Positions 1 to 8,643 are shown, counted from the first letter of the stretch. The stretch is 64,000 nucleotides of DNA from an uncultured Eubacteriales bacterium (GCA_900546695.1 URDX01000002.1:4100-68099); one strand, 5' to 3'. The notes: generated by a model from the sequence alone, not told the origin. Numbers and translations: made by a program.

Positions 1-64
1 AAAAATACATTTAAAATTTCAATCAGTATTCCGCTTAAAGACTGATAAAATATTCGGATAAAAG

Positions 65-104
65 GCTTTGGGTTCCGCGGTGAAACGGTTCTCGGAGCTT
101 TTTT
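65..104 (+). terminator. Rho-independent terminator candidate for a gene left of the window
   Basis: Arms 65-77 gctttgggttccg and 86-98 cggttctcggagc pair (with G-U pairs and a 2-nt internal mismatch). Loop is 78-85, followed by tttttt at 99-104. Confidence 0.4.
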
Positions 105-109
105 CGTCG

Positions 110-141
110 TTTGCGTCAAAAACAGTATGTTTTGCGTCAAA
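110..141 (+). promoter_or_regulatory. Two identical 11-bp direct repeats TTTGCGTCAAA (110-120, 131-141) with a 21-bp period; LytTR/AgrA-type operator candidate
   Basis: Exact repeat read in the sequence. It lies about 25 nt upstream of a TGtGATATT extended -10-like element (163-171) and about 70 nt upstream of agrD. Confidence 0.4.
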
Positions 142-207
142 TCAGACACAAAAAAACATTTGTGTGATATTCTATGTACAACAAATTAAGAAGGGAGGGC
201 ATGTCAA

Positions 208-342
208 ATGTGGGAGAATCTTATGAGCGCGCTCTGCAGCGCTATTGTAAGCGGGCTTTCATCTATTGCGAGCATTGCAACAAACAGCATTAGCATGTTC
301 GGTCAGTATGAGCATGAAATGCCGAAGTGCCTTAAGAAGTAA
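208..342 (+). CDS. agrD: AgrD-like autoinducing-peptide precursor (44 aa; below the ORF-track length cutoff)
   Basis: GGAGGG ends 8 nt before ATG 208. Product is MWENLMSALCSAIVSGLSSIASIATNSISMFGQYEHEMPKCLKK: an amphipathic N-terminal helix, a short core, and a charged tail. The tail E-H-E-M-P-K-C-L resembles the AgrD tail of S. aureus (DEVEVPKEL). It lies 48 nt upstream of agrB. Confidence 0.6.
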   Translation: MWENLMSALCSAIVSGLSSIASIATNSISMFGQYEHEMPKCLKK

Positions 343-390
343 GCATTTTACTTCAAATTAGCATCAATAAACTACCCGAAGGATACTGCC

Positions 391-984
391 ATGATAGAAA
401 GATTGATAAACCGTAATTTAGCTTTCCTGAAAAAGCACATTTCGTGTGATGACGACGCAGTTGAAGTATACAGATATTCGCTGAGAATTATATATTCATA
501 TATCATTGACGTGCTGGTGCTGATGAGCATGGCGTTTGTTGCTCATAAAGCTATCGAGACCGTGATTATTCTTTTCACCTTTGCGGTCATGCAGGTCTAT
601 GGCGGCGGTTATCACGCTGATACCGAAATCGGATGTCTTTCGATTATGGCAGTCGGGTGGTTTATCGGTGTGTTCGCTCTGGAACGGGTGGTATCTTTAC
701 ATTGGAGTATAGGTATCGGAGTCGGGATGATATTTACGGTATCGGTGTTTGCTCTTACTCCTGTATTGAATCAAAAACATCCCATAGGCGGAGATGTATA
801 TATAAGATCAAAGAAGATTGTACGTGTGTCTTGTTTATTAATAGATGTGATACTGACGGCGTGTGTTTTTGCGGATATCAAGGTTGTTTATAATGCATTA
901 AGTATAATGATGGTGCTATACAGCGTTTCGCTTTTTTGCGGAAGAATGAAAGCCCGAAGAGCTGAGCGGTCGTCTTTCGATTGA
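391..984 (+). CDS. agrB: AgrB-family membrane cysteine endopeptidase (AIP maturation)
   Basis: 197 aa, polytopic. GGGYHADTEIGC places His and Cys 7 residues apart, like the catalytic H77/C84 of S. aureus AgrB. A later PVLNQKHPIGG...SKK loop is typical of the family. SD GAAGGA lies 7 nt upstream. Confidence 0.8.
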   Translation: MIERLINRNLAFLKKHISCDDDAVEVYRYSLRIIYSYIIDVLVLMSMAFVAHKAIETVIILFTFAVMQVYGGGYHADTEIGCLSIMAVGWFIGVFALERVVSLHWSIGIGVGMIFTVSVFALTPVLNQKHPIGGDVYIRSKKIVRVSCLLIDVILTACVFADIKVVYNALSIMMVLYSVSLFCGRMKARRAERSSFD

Positions 985-1027
985 AAGGTGCATGGCTTTT
1001 CGGGGCAGAGCACGGCAACGATATTGC

Positions 1028-1056
1028 TTGATTTTTGATGATTTTTGATGTATAAT
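1028..1056 (+). promoter_or_regulatory. Sigma-A-type promoter candidate (TTGATT-17 nt-TATAAT)
   Basis: -35 at 1028-1033, 17-nt spacer, -10 TATAAT at 1051-1056. It is embedded in a gatttttgat tandem duplication. Confidence 0.45.
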
Positions 1057-1060
1057 GTGG

Positions 1061-1205
1061 CTGTGCTTTGATGCGGTGGCTCATTGATACAGCCCCGTAG
1101 TGCGCAGATATTGTGAGCTTTTTCGTGACGGCAAAAATCCCGAAAAACGCACGGGTATTAGGATATTCGGGATATCAAACCGAACACGATCGCATAATTT
1201 ATTAA
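1061..1205 (+). pseudogene. 3' remnant of a paralog of the downstream DUF3267-like gene
   Basis: 1101-1205 reads CADIVSFFVTAKIPKNARVLGYSGYQTEHDRIIY*, matching the C-terminus of the 1213..1854 product (DLVSFFVTAKIPKNARVLGHYYRCSE*). 46 nt are identical (1111-1156 = 1778-1823). Weaker similarity extends back to about 1061. An in-frame TAG sits at 1098-1100. Confidence 0.5.
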
Positions 1206-1212
1206 GCCGACT

Positions 1213-1854
1213 ATGGTTGAGTCGATCAACAAACGAAAGGATAAAGTTATGAGGATATATTCGGAACAGGAAAGCAGTCGGCTTGTTTCTGCCTGTATTG
1301 ACCGATACCCCGAGGCAATACAGATGCCGATTCTGAAATATTGGAACAATGCAAAGCTTGCAGTGCACATTGCTGTGCTGTTACTCAGCGTACTGCTCGG
1401 TGTCACCACAGCCGGAGCCTATAAAGCCGCTGCTCGGTCTGTTATAGGTACGATTAAGTACGGACGTTTGGTCATGTTAGTTATCGGAGTTATAACGATT
1501 ATTGTAGCCGAGGTGCTGTGCGTTTGTATCCATGAATTCATACATATGCTGGGCTTTAAATTATGCCGCTGCAAGAGTGTGCTTGTTTATAGTAAAAAGC
1601 CGCCTACATTTTCTGCTTTGGGAATTGAATGGTTAACAAAAACGCAAGCGTTGCTTGTTGCGGTGCTTCCATTTTTGGTTATCAGCGTCATTTCGGTTAT
1701 CGTCTTTATTATAACGAATAACCATTTGCTTTTGATGTGGTTGTTGCTTATCAATACAGCTCTGTCAAGCTCGGACCTTGTGAGCTTTTTCGTGACGGCA
1801 AAAATCCCGAAAAACGCACGGGTTCTCGGACATTATTATAGGTGCTCGGAGTAA
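1213..1854 (+). CDS. Membrane HExxH protein (DUF3267-like putative zinc metallopeptidase)
   Basis: Several TM segments; HEFIH lies within a hydrophobic stretch. An alternative start is ATG 1249, behind AAGGA. Confidence 0.6.
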   Translation: MVESINKRKDKVMRIYSEQESSRLVSACIDRYPEAIQMPILKYWNNAKLAVHIAVLLLSVLLGVTTAGAYKAAARSVIGTIKYGRLVMLVIGVITIIVAEVLCVCIHEFIHMLGFKLCRCKSVLVYSKKPPTFSALGIEWLTKTQALLVAVLPFLVISVISVIVFIITNNHLLLMWLLLINTALSSSDLVSFFVTAKIPKNARVLGHYYRCSE

Positions 1855-2193
1855 TCCGCTGCCGCGCCGTGTGTCCCGGATCATGCGGCATGCCTGTTTC
1901 CGCCGTGCATCACACGGGCGACGCACACGGGCGACGCACATGAGCGACGCGGGGCGGCTGTGTTTGCTCATGCCTGACCTGCATATCCCCGCGCGGGCAA
2001 TGCGTTTTAATTTGCAAAACGAATTACGGGCAGTCCCGAACGGGATTGCCTATTTTGAAATTCAGCTCGGAAAAAGACCGATGTGCAGCGGATGTAAAAG
2101 TATTTTGACACGGATTTCGGGGGATGTCAAAGCCTGTTGATAGACGAAAAAGGGTGTCATGGCTATGATAAAGGCGCAAGGAGGCGAGGTAAC

Positions 2194-2847
2194 ATGGAAC
2201 ATGATATAGGAAGCAAGATTCAGGCAGCCAGGCTTGAGAAAAGGCTGACGCAGGAACAGGTAGCCGAGCTGCCGGGTGTCAGCCGTCAGACTATATCAAA
2301 CTGGGAAAACGGCATATCATATCCCGATATCATCAGCGTCATTAAAATGAGCGAGTGTTACAACGTTTCTCTTGACTTTTTATTGAAGGGAAACCGAAAC
2401 ATGAACACCTATTACGACTATCTCGAGCAAAGTACAAACACCGTAAAGAGCAACATGAGTCGAAACAGGATAATCACCATCCTTGCATATCTGTTGATAT
2501 GGGCGATCTCAATGACAGTGTTCTGGCTGTTTATGGATCCGGGCGATTCGATAGGCTACAGCCTGGTGTTTTTCTGGATAGTTCTGCCGATAACGACATT
2601 TGTCGTTTCCGTTGTTATCGGCAAAAATGATTTTTGGGGAAGACTGAAATGGGCATTCTGCGCTCTCTTTGGGGCGATGTACATGCTTTCCGAGTACGGC
2701 ACGTTCGCAACGGCAAACAATATCGCCTTTAATAAGCTGGGTGTACCGTCATGGAGAATGCTCGTCGCGGGAACGATAATTTCTGCGGTCGGTATGCTTG
2801 TCGGCTCACTGTTTAACAGAAAAGGACGGAGGAATAAGAATGAGTAA
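2194..2847 (+). CDS. XRE-family HTH protein with C-terminal multi-TM domain
   Basis: LTQEQVAELPGVSRQTISNWENGISYPD is a Cro/C1-type HTH, followed by about 4 TM helices. ATG 2194 follows AAGGAGG; the ORF-track start at 2137 lacks an SD. Confidence 0.75.
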   Translation: MEHDIGSKIQAARLEKRLTQEQVAELPGVSRQTISNWENGISYPDIISVIKMSECYNVSLDFLLKGNRNMNTYYDYLEQSTNTVKSNMSRNRIITILAYLLIWAISMTVFWLFMDPGDSIGYSLVFFWIVLPITTFVVSVVIGKNDFWGRLKWAFCALFGAMYMLSEYGTFATANNIAFNKLGVPSWRMLVAGTIISAVGMLVGSLFNRKGRRNKNE

Positions 2848-3280
2848 ACATAATTTAATGAGATACGGCTTGCCGCTGCTATGCATTTTACTTATAATAT
2901 CGCTTGTCGCCTGCGGCACCGTCGCACCTGACGCGAAAATCGACTTCGGCAGTTCTTTGATCTATACCGAGGAGGATATGCGGGACGCGGTGGGGCGGAT
3001 AAAGCAGCAGTTTGCTTTGATGGACGGCTGCGTGCTGCACAGCCTTTCATATTCCTCCGACGATTGCAACAGCGCGGAAAATATCGCATGGATGAATGAC
3101 CTGAGAGGGTCGGACGACGGAGACGCTGAATTTACGCAGTGCATCATGTTTGAAAGCAGCTTTCGCTCACCGAAAAACGGCGGCGGAGCATGGGAAGCCG
3201 ACGAAGAATACACATGGTCCTGGTGGCTTGCGCGCAGCGACGGCGGCAGCTGGCGCCTGATGACGTGGGGCTATTGCTGA
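2840..3280 (+). CDS. Small lipoprotein, unknown function
   Basis: MSKHNLMRYGLPLLCILLIISLVAC carries a lipobox (LVAC). Its ATG overlaps the stop of the upstream XRE gene, which suggests translational coupling. Confidence 0.6.
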   Translation: MSKHNLMRYGLPLLCILLIISLVACGTVAPDAKIDFGSSLIYTEEDMRDAVGRIKQQFALMDGCVLHSLSYSSDDCNSAENIAWMNDLRGSDDGDAEFTQCIMFESSFRSPKNGGGAWEADEEYTWSWWLARSDGGSWRLMTWGYC

Positions 3281-3335
3281 GCATCGCCCGATGACCGCCG
3301 CAGCGCGAGACCGCATGCATTAATAGGGCAGTGAC

Positions 3336-3446
3336 GGTTTGGTTGGGCGTTGCGCATCAACCGCACGGCGATGGCTCGGTTAGGCAGTACGCATCAACCG
3401 TACGGCGACGGTTTGGTTAGACGGTGCGCATCAACAGGACCGCGAT
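3336..3446. repeat. 3 x 37-bp imperfect tandem repeat in an intergenic region
   Basis: Units at 3336-3372, 3373-3409 and 3410-3446 share ggtt.g..g..gcgcatcaac...cggcga. Confidence 0.8.
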
Positions 3447-3512
3447 GATTGCGGCGATGCGGTGATACCGTACGTTTTATGTAAATCGCGACAGCGTCAC
3501 GGAGGAGGAAAA

Positions 3513-4028
3513 ATGATAATTGAGACCGAGCGTCTGCTGCTCAGGGAAATGACCGAGGCTGACTTCGACGCGCTTTACAGAGTCCTCTCCGATTCGGATA
3601 TAATGCAGCACTACCCGTATATATTTGATGAGGCGAGAGTGCGCGGTTGGATAGATAAAAATATCGAGAGATACAGAATCCTCGGCTTCGGACTGTGGGC
3701 GGTGTGCCTGAAGGAAACGGGCGAAATGATAGGCGACTGCGGGCTGACGATGCAGCTCATAAACGGCTCCGTAAAGCCCGAGATAGGCTATCACATAAGA
3801 AAAGACCGACAAAGAAACGGCTACGCAAAGGAAGCCGCTGCCGCGGTCAGGGATTGGAGCTTTGAGAATACGCCGTTCAACATCATCTATTCGTATATGA
3901 AGAGTACAAATATAGCCTCCCGCAAGACCGCCGCCTCATATGGCTTCCGTCAGGTCGATGAGTATACGGATGATGAGGGCGATATCACGGCGGTGTACGC
4001 TGTGTCGCGGGCAGAGCGAAAGCTTTAA
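3513..4028 (+). CDS. GNAT-family N-acetyltransferase (RimJ/RimL-like)
   Basis: IETERLLLREMTEADFDALY is an N-terminus typical of RimJ/L-type GNATs. A later QRNGYAKEAA segment is the acetyl-CoA loop. ATG 3513 follows GGAGGAGG. Confidence 0.8.
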   Translation: MIIETERLLLREMTEADFDALYRVLSDSDIMQHYPYIFDEARVRGWIDKNIERYRILGFGLWAVCLKETGEMIGDCGLTMQLINGSVKPEIGYHIRKDRQRNGYAKEAAAAVRDWSFENTPFNIIYSYMKSTNIASRKTAASYGFRQVDEYTDDEGDITAVYAVSRAERKL

Positions 4029-4240
4029 CGGTCGGCAGTCGGAGCTTTCTTTTCGGGGAGTGACCGAGATTTTTCGTGATAAAATGACTTGAAAGGGACG
4101 GTTGTATGCGCGTTGCAGTTGATCTTTCGGCTGCTTATCAGTCGGTTGATTCGGTGAAAATGCGGGCGGCAATGGTTTTCATATAATACGGACATATGTG
4201 AAATTTAGTTATAAAATATTTATAAAATTATGTCTGTATA

Positions 4241-4269
4241 TTGACAAAATATAAAAAATATGCTATCAT
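4241..4269 (+). promoter_or_regulatory. Near-consensus sigma-A promoter (TTGACA-17 nt-TATCAT) heading the AT-rich operon
   Basis: -35 at 4241-4246, -10 at 4264-4269. It sits in a very AT-rich spacer about 270 nt upstream of the first operon gene. Confidence 0.5.
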
Positions 4270-4536
4270 AACGACAGAAAAGATGTCCTAAAGTGTAAGT
4301 GCTTTTTATATGTCTACCCAATTGGAGTCTTAGTGATGTTGACGCATGGATATTGATTCTCTAAAATCTTTATCTTTGCGTTTTTTTCTTTAAGCCGCTT
4401 CGCATTCGTTTTCGGATTGCCGCTCCGCGTATACTTTGCTTTCGGTTAAGGGGCAACAATGCCGCATGGGATCGTTCGAATTACGGAATGTGATGGTAAA
4501 TATAACGGTCGGTAACGACCGATAATGAGGTAAAAT

Positions 4537-5619
4537 GTGGATAAGTACGATTTTCTTCAAAAAACGCTTGTTGCTTTCGGAAATGAGACTCGGCTGAGCT
4601 GCAGTCAGGCCGAGCTCGAAGAAACGGATGAATTGGCAAAAAAACATAAGGTGGATTCAATCGTAAAGTATGTTTATTCCGATCCGATGACGGAAAAAAA
4701 TTGTTTGTTGAATAAGACGGATCACCTTTGCCGGTTGACCGACTGTGCCGGCGTTTTTTCAAAATGCGAAGACAGAGGGATACCGTATGCGGTTATTAAG
4801 GGAGCGTATCTTGAAAAAACGGCATATAAGAACAAAGGTGTCAGGAGTTCAAACGATCTGGATCTGCTGATAAGAAAACATGACTATAAAAAGGTCGCTG
4901 AGATATTGGTCTCCGAAGGCTTTATATGTATGTCGCTTGATTGGAAATCGAGAAAATATGTTGAGTGCACGGACAGAGCGAGACTGCTGTACAATCACCT
5001 TTATTCGCACCAATCGTGTTCCTTTTTCAAATACCGTGATGAGGACACATATACAAAAGTAGATATAAACTTCAGCATTACATGGGGTGAGGACCCCCGG
5101 GGAGCTTCAATGAGCGAAGATCTGCTGACGAAAATGGTAAGAAAGGCAGATTACGAGGGTATAACCTATAATGTACTTGAGCCTGCGGCGTTCTTGTTCC
5201 AAATATGTCTCCACTCATATAGGGATATGAATTCTGTTTTATTGCAGAAGCGCGAAAAGTATAAGCTCGCACGCTTGTGTGATGTTTATTATTATATAAT
5301 CAATAAGGAAGAACCTGTTGATGTGTTATCTTTTGTTGAATTGGTAAAGCATTATTCATACGAGAAGCCGATATATTATATGCTGTATTACGCATCGGAA
5401 TTTTTCGGTCCTAACGAATGGATGAATACCGCAGCCGAAGCGATAGAGCCTGATGATAAGAAATTTCTCAACGAATTCGGCTTGTCGGAAGGCGAGAAGA
5501 AGGTGTGGCCGATTGATTTCAGAGAACGTGTGCTGTCGGAAAAACTGTACGAGAAAATAGAATTTTTGATTGATGAAAACGATCGGCAAAAAATGAGCTC
5601 GATAGAAAATAACATGTAA
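4537..5619 (+). CDS. Nucleotidyltransferase-fold protein (NTP_transf_5-like, uncharacterised family)
   Basis: GTG start 6 nt after GAGG. GVRSSNDLDLLIRKHDYKKVAEIL resembles the G-x-S...D-x-D signature and following helix of the 'uncharacterised nucleotidyltransferase' family. Confidence 0.5.
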   Translation: MDKYDFLQKTLVAFGNETRLSCSQAELEETDELAKKHKVDSIVKYVYSDPMTEKNCLLNKTDHLCRLTDCAGVFSKCEDRGIPYAVIKGAYLEKTAYKNKGVRSSNDLDLLIRKHDYKKVAEILVSEGFICMSLDWKSRKYVECTDRARLLYNHLYSHQSCSFFKYRDEDTYTKVDINFSITWGEDPRGASMSEDLLTKMVRKADYEGITYNVLEPAAFLFQICLHSYRDMNSVLLQKREKYKLARLCDVYYYIINKEEPVDVLSFVELVKHYSYEKPIYYMLYYASEFFGPNEWMNTAAEAIEPDDKKFLNEFGLSEGEKKVWPIDFRERVLSEKLYEKIEFLIDENDRQKMSSIENNM

Positions 5620-5759
5620 TATGCGGATGGCGGGTGCGTCCGCCTGTGCCGTTCAAATGCTCCGCTGTCCTGCACGTGATGCTTATTGTTTCTGAGGCGG
5701 ACCGCGGACATGATTAAAATCAGCGAAAAAAACAGCTGAACCCGTAAAGGAGAACTGAG

Positions 5760-6005
5760 ATGGAAAGAAATGATGTAGTAAAGGTTCTGACGGATATCGC
5801 AGAGAGCAATTTCGGTGATACGGATATTATGAGTTGCAAAGGCGATCTTATCGAAGCGGGCTTTGACTCGATGAATATTATTAATTACATTCTCATGGTC
5901 GAGGAGCGGTTCGGATTTGAATTTGACGATGATGACCTGATTATTGACAATTTCAGAACAATTGAAAAGATAGCCGATTACGTTCTCTCAAAAACAGAGC
6001 AGTAA
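5760..6005 (+). CDS. Acyl/aminoacyl carrier protein (DltC-like size and layout)
   Basis: 81 aa and acidic. EAGFDSMNII contains a DS(M/L) phosphopantetheine-attachment Ser. SD AAAGGAG lies upstream. Confidence 0.75.
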   Translation: MERNDVVKVLTDIAESNFGDTDIMSCKGDLIEAGFDSMNIINYILMVEERFGFEFDDDDLIIDNFRTIEKIADYVLSKTEQ

Positions 6006-6010
6006 ATGAA

Positions 6011-7018
6011 ATGAATAATATTGTTTACTGTGTTATCCGTTCGGAGCGGGTATTGTATGAGGCGCTATGCTCGATTCGTTCGCTGGCGGCAGTTTACAAA
6101 GAACAGTTTAATTCGTTATCTGTCACCGTTATAACCGATCTGCCGCAGTATCTTTTTGCGCCTCTGAGCGGCTATTCGAATGTGCGTATTGATGTGGTAG
6201 ATTCACAAACATCGCAGGATTGGATTTCCGACTGCGGTGTCAACATGTTTAGAGTGAAGATATTGGCATTGATGTATTATGTCAACAAGTATAAGACCGA
6301 TGTTTTATTTGTTGATTCGGATACATTGTTTGTTGATAGGTTGGAATATGTATTTGATTGCATAGACCGAGGCAACTTTGTGATGAACTTCAGATGCATG
6401 TCGTTGAAGGAAGTGATGGCGCGTTTTGGCGGGGTTGAGGCGGATTCGATAAATAATGATGATACTCGAATACGAGTCGCGCTTTACAAAAAACTATATG
6501 AACGCGGGGAGATTAACTCTTCTTTTTCTTCAAAAAACTATCGGGTTCCGAAAGACTTTGCACCGTATAATTCGGGGATAATCGGTTTTAAATACGCTGC
6601 AAGAGAGCTCTTGACCGATGTGCTTGATTTGTGTGATACGCTTTATCTCTCGGAAAGCTATGTTTGCTCGGAGGAATTTGCTTTTTCGCTGATATTTTAT
6701 CTCACCGGGGCGGAAACGATACAGTGCAACAGGTGCGTTTACCACTATTTTTACGATAAGCGGACAAGGCTCTTGCTTTCCTGTATTTTGAATCTGTATG
6801 CACCGAGTGAGTGCATGACGGATTTGTTGTCGGAGCTTAAAATCGACAAGAGGGTATTTGACGTATTGACCTTAAAGGATGTTCCGTATTATATGTCGAA
6901 TTATGTATCCGAATTACCGAAAATCGAAGAGCAGTCGTATCTGACCGAATTCAACAGCTTCAGATTTGATTTACCGAGCGTCAGAGCGCTTAACAGAAAG
7001 CTGAAGCAGCTTATGTAA
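6011..7018 (+). CDS. Hypothetical protein, possibly a GT-A fold (GT8-like) glycosyltransferase
   Basis: VLFVDSDTLFVD is a DxD-type motif, and a later YNSGIIGF resembles the GT8 N-S-G-V motif. No stronger match was recognised. Confidence 0.35.
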   Translation: MNNIVYCVIRSERVLYEALCSIRSLAAVYKEQFNSLSVTVITDLPQYLFAPLSGYSNVRIDVVDSQTSQDWISDCGVNMFRVKILALMYYVNKYKTDVLFVDSDTLFVDRLEYVFDCIDRGNFVMNFRCMSLKEVMARFGGVEADSINNDDTRIRVALYKKLYERGEINSSFSSKNYRVPKDFAPYNSGIIGFKYAARELLTDVLDLCDTLYLSESYVCSEEFAFSLIFYLTGAETIQCNRCVYHYFYDKRTRLLLSCILNLYAPSECMTDLLSELKIDKRVFDVLTLKDVPYYMSNYVSELPKIEEQSYLTEFNSFRFDLPSVRALNRKLKQLM

Positions 7019-7058
7019 CTTGCCTCAGTGATTCCTTGACAATATGTCGAAATGAGAA

Positions 7059-8627
7059 TTGAAAGACATGCTTATAACTGATTATTTACAAGCGAATGCA
7101 AGTGTGCGCGGCGACAAGAAAGCTATAGTATTTATCGGAAAGACGGTATCAGGTACAGCGATAAGAACTTCCGTAACGTGGAATGAATTCAATGATATGT
7201 CCGATAGGGTTGCGAAACTTATCAAACGCAGCGGGGCAAAAAAGGGTGATAAGGCAGCAATAGTCCTGCCGAATTGTTTGGAGTGGCTTCCGATATATCT
7301 TGGGATTCTTAAAGCGGGTGCCGTAGCTGTCCCGATTAACAGCAATAACAGTGCGGATGAAATCAAATATTGCCTTGAGTTATCCGACTGTGTGTGCGCG
7401 TTTTTTATGTATGGCGACGGTATTTCGGATGCGGCAGTCGAAGTAGGGTCTCTTACTTCTGTCTGGTACCTGGGTGAGGATGTGCCCGAGCACAAAAACG
7501 ATCTCATGAAGTGCCTTGCGGAAATGCCCGTGACAGACTCTGATACGGAGATTAAGGAAACCGATGTGGCCGTGATATATTTTTCATCAGGAACAACAGG
7601 TAGGTCCAAGGCGGTTATGCTCTCGCATAAAGCCCTGTCTTGCGGGGCGGTTACCGAGCTGTCGCATCATATGCAGGAGCAAAGGGACAACTTTTTGTGT
7701 GTTGCTCCGTTCTATCACACGGGAGCAATGGTGCATTGGTTAGGCACTTTGGCTGTCGGCGGATGTGTTGTTGTGAATAATATTCGTTCGCCGAAAAAAA
7801 TATCCGAGATTATTGAGAGTGAAAAAGTCGGTATCGCGTGGCTTGTGGTTCCGCAAATTCAAGACATTTTGGATCTGATAGATGAAGGCGTAATCAGAAA
7901 GGAATGTTTCGCCTCCATGCGATTGATGCATACAGGGGCTCAGCCTATTCCGCGGGAGCTTATGATGCGGTGGCGCAGTATGTTTCCCGCTATGTCGATA
8001 GACGTCAGCTACGGTCTTACTGAAGCTACCGGTCCCGGTTGCATTGACATGGGTATAGATACAATCGAAAAGCTTGGCTCGATCGGTAAGCTTGCCCGCG
8101 GGTGGGAGGCAATCGTAGTCGATTCCGAAGATAATAAACTTGAGCCCTATGCCGTCGGAGAATTATTTCTGAGAGGTCCGGGGGTAATGACGGGCTACTA
8201 TAAGGATGCCGAAGCAACGGAACGCGTGTTGCGTGGCGGATGGCTCCATACGGGTGATATGGTATACAAAGATTGCGACGGTTATTATTATCTTGTTGAT
8301 CGTAAAAAAGATGTAATTATCGTCGGAGGTGAGAATGTATATCCGGTGCAGCTCGAGAATTTTTTTAGGCAATTCGAATTCGTAAAGGATGCGGCTGTCA
8401 TCGGCATTCCAAACCCGAGGATGGGTGAGAGTGTCGCGGTAATAATTGAATTAAAGAGCGGATATCGGTGCTCGAAGAGTGAAATTCGGAAACTGTGTTC
8501 GGAGCTTCCCGAGTACCAGAGACCACTCAGGATTTTGTTTGACGATATAATTCGTAATACAACGGGAAAGATAAACAGAGCGGCGATGCGTGCGCGGTAT
8601 TTATCATCTCGTGAGAAAAAACAGTAG
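7059..8627 (+). CDS. ANL-superfamily adenylating enzyme (acyl/aminoacyl-CoA or carrier-protein ligase)
   Basis: YFSSGTTGRSKAV (A3 core), GYYKDAEAT, WLHTGDM and GKINR (A10 Lys) are present. Start is TTG 7059 or ATG 7068. It ends with TAG at 8625-8627. Confidence 0.85.
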   Translation: MKDMLITDYLQANASVRGDKKAIVFIGKTVSGTAIRTSVTWNEFNDMSDRVAKLIKRSGAKKGDKAAIVLPNCLEWLPIYLGILKAGAVAVPINSNNSADEIKYCLELSDCVCAFFMYGDGISDAAVEVGSLTSVWYLGEDVPEHKNDLMKCLAEMPVTDSDTEIKETDVAVIYFSSGTTGRSKAVMLSHKALSCGAVTELSHHMQEQRDNFLCVAPFYHTGAMVHWLGTLAVGGCVVVNNIRSPKKISEIIESEKVGIAWLVVPQIQDILDLIDEGVIRKECFASMRLMHTGAQPIPRELMMRWRSMFPAMSIDVSYGLTEATGPGCIDMGIDTIEKLGSIGKLARGWEAIVVDSEDNKLEPYAVGELFLRGPGVMTGYYKDAEATERVLRGGWLHTGDMVYKDCDGYYYLVDRKKDVIIVGGENVYPVQLENFFRQFEFVKDAAVIGIPNPRMGESVAVIIELKSGYRCSKSEIRKLCSELPEYQRPLRILFDDIIRNTTGKINRAAMRARYLSSREKKQ

Positions 8628-8643
8628 TTAGGGGATAACACAT

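Noticed and set aside
201-293. Alternative 30-codon ORF (MSNVGESYERALQRYCKRAFIYCEHCNKQH) overlapping agrD in another frame
   Set aside because: Its ATG lies only 2 nt after the GGAGGG SD. The frame starting at 208 has proper spacing and an AgrD-like tail.
3336-3446. CRISPR array
   Set aside because: There are only three contiguous 37-bp units with no spacers and no cas genes. The same conclusion applies to 31252-31351 and 52479-52549.
4470-4490. tRNA-like T-loop string (cgttcgaatta)
   Set aside because: No acceptor or anticodon stems can be drawn around it. No tRNA was recognised anywhere in the window.
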